Shown here piece after piece: positions 49,948 to 50,623 of a DNA stretch of 50,623 nt. Numbering within the stretch: the first letter of the stretch is position 1; each line of letters opens with the position of its first letter. A program made the translations under genes and the position numbers. The notes under the pieces were generated by a model. It was not told the DNA's origin and did not search any database. It saw nothing but the letters and a program-made list of their open reading frames with translations. Source of the DNA: Psammoneis japonica (taxonomy: Eukaryota). Location of the stretch: the NCBI GenBank assembly GCA_008632985.1, contig QPGO01000057.1, positions 405,346-455,968 of the forward strand, read 5' to 3'.

Positions 49948-50623
49948 AAGGAACCCAGATCCGGGTCCCATGTTGGGCATGCATGAATTTGACTCATGGC
50001 AGTGGAGGGTGCGGCTGTGAGACCCGGCTCTCAAGCAACTTCAAACTGGCATGGCAGGCGCACTCTGGATGAGCACACAGACCACCGCTGCCGTGACAAC
50101 ACGGAGAAATTGTCAAAAAACCGCCGGAGCCAATGACGACATTGGCGTGGCAGATGAGGTGTCCAAACAATCTTTGTTTCTAGTCCCATTGCCATGGCAG
50201 GTTTGTTGCTCCATCTTTTGCTTGGGGTTGTAAAGGGGCCATCAGAGAACGGCAGCGAGTCGAGTTTTGTGCACACACACACCCATTGCGCCCGTTTGTG
50301 ATGCCATGATTCATGCCAATTCTTCACATGCCCACCACCAGCCGGATTTCCAGCACCCGCTGAGTCAAACTCCAAGTTTGACAAAAAGAAAGCAAGTTGA
50401 AAATCAAAATGGTGTTGTCAATGTGTCCAAGGCTCGCCACTTGTTGTTTCACTCAACTTTCTTGCCGCCGCAGCCGGCTCTTGTTGTGTCAGCACATTGA
50501 CAAATCCAATGTCATCATCACATCGTCATCACGTCATTGCGCCCATTTGAGCAATGGCGCTGACCAGACGAATCTCATTCAAGACTTTGATGAAGCAACT
50601 GCAATGCATCCAGCCAAGCATTC

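Larger units (their letters stand above)
38330..50623. repeat. Nested transposon block depleted in TpA
   Basis: TA is rare throughout. Contains a full-length copia element and two MITE copies within older degenerate sequence. Confidence 0.88.

Overview
Eukaryotic genomic DNA, most likely from a diatom. The evidence is bipartite plastid-targeting presequences, a frustulin-type ACR domain, short GT-AG introns and a CoDi-type Ty1/copia element. Two gene islands (~4.6-23.4 kb and ~30.0-38.1 kb, 11 genes) alternate with three transposon blocks (1-4.5 kb, 23.6-29.8 kb, 38.3-50.6 kb). The main finding is that the repeat blocks, but not the genes, have lost almost all TpA dinucleotides, which appear as TpG or CpA on both strands. 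Conserved Tyr residues of copia and Penelope-like proteins read as Cys or His (YVDD to CVDD). The two LTRs of one TSD-flanked copia insertion differ mainly by CA/TG swaps, while CpG is largely retained. This resembles a repeat-targeted, post-insertion A:T to G:C hypermutation process, the mirror image of fungal RIP; a base-calling artefact at modified bases still has to be excluded. Also notable are a ~2,600-aa SPRY-ARM-LRR-CHAT-STAND-like protein and a membrane-anchored frustulin/beta-propeller protein. Six genes carry 1-bp deletions, mostly in homopolymers, that are probably assembly errors. All assignments come from motif recognition by eye; no searches were run.
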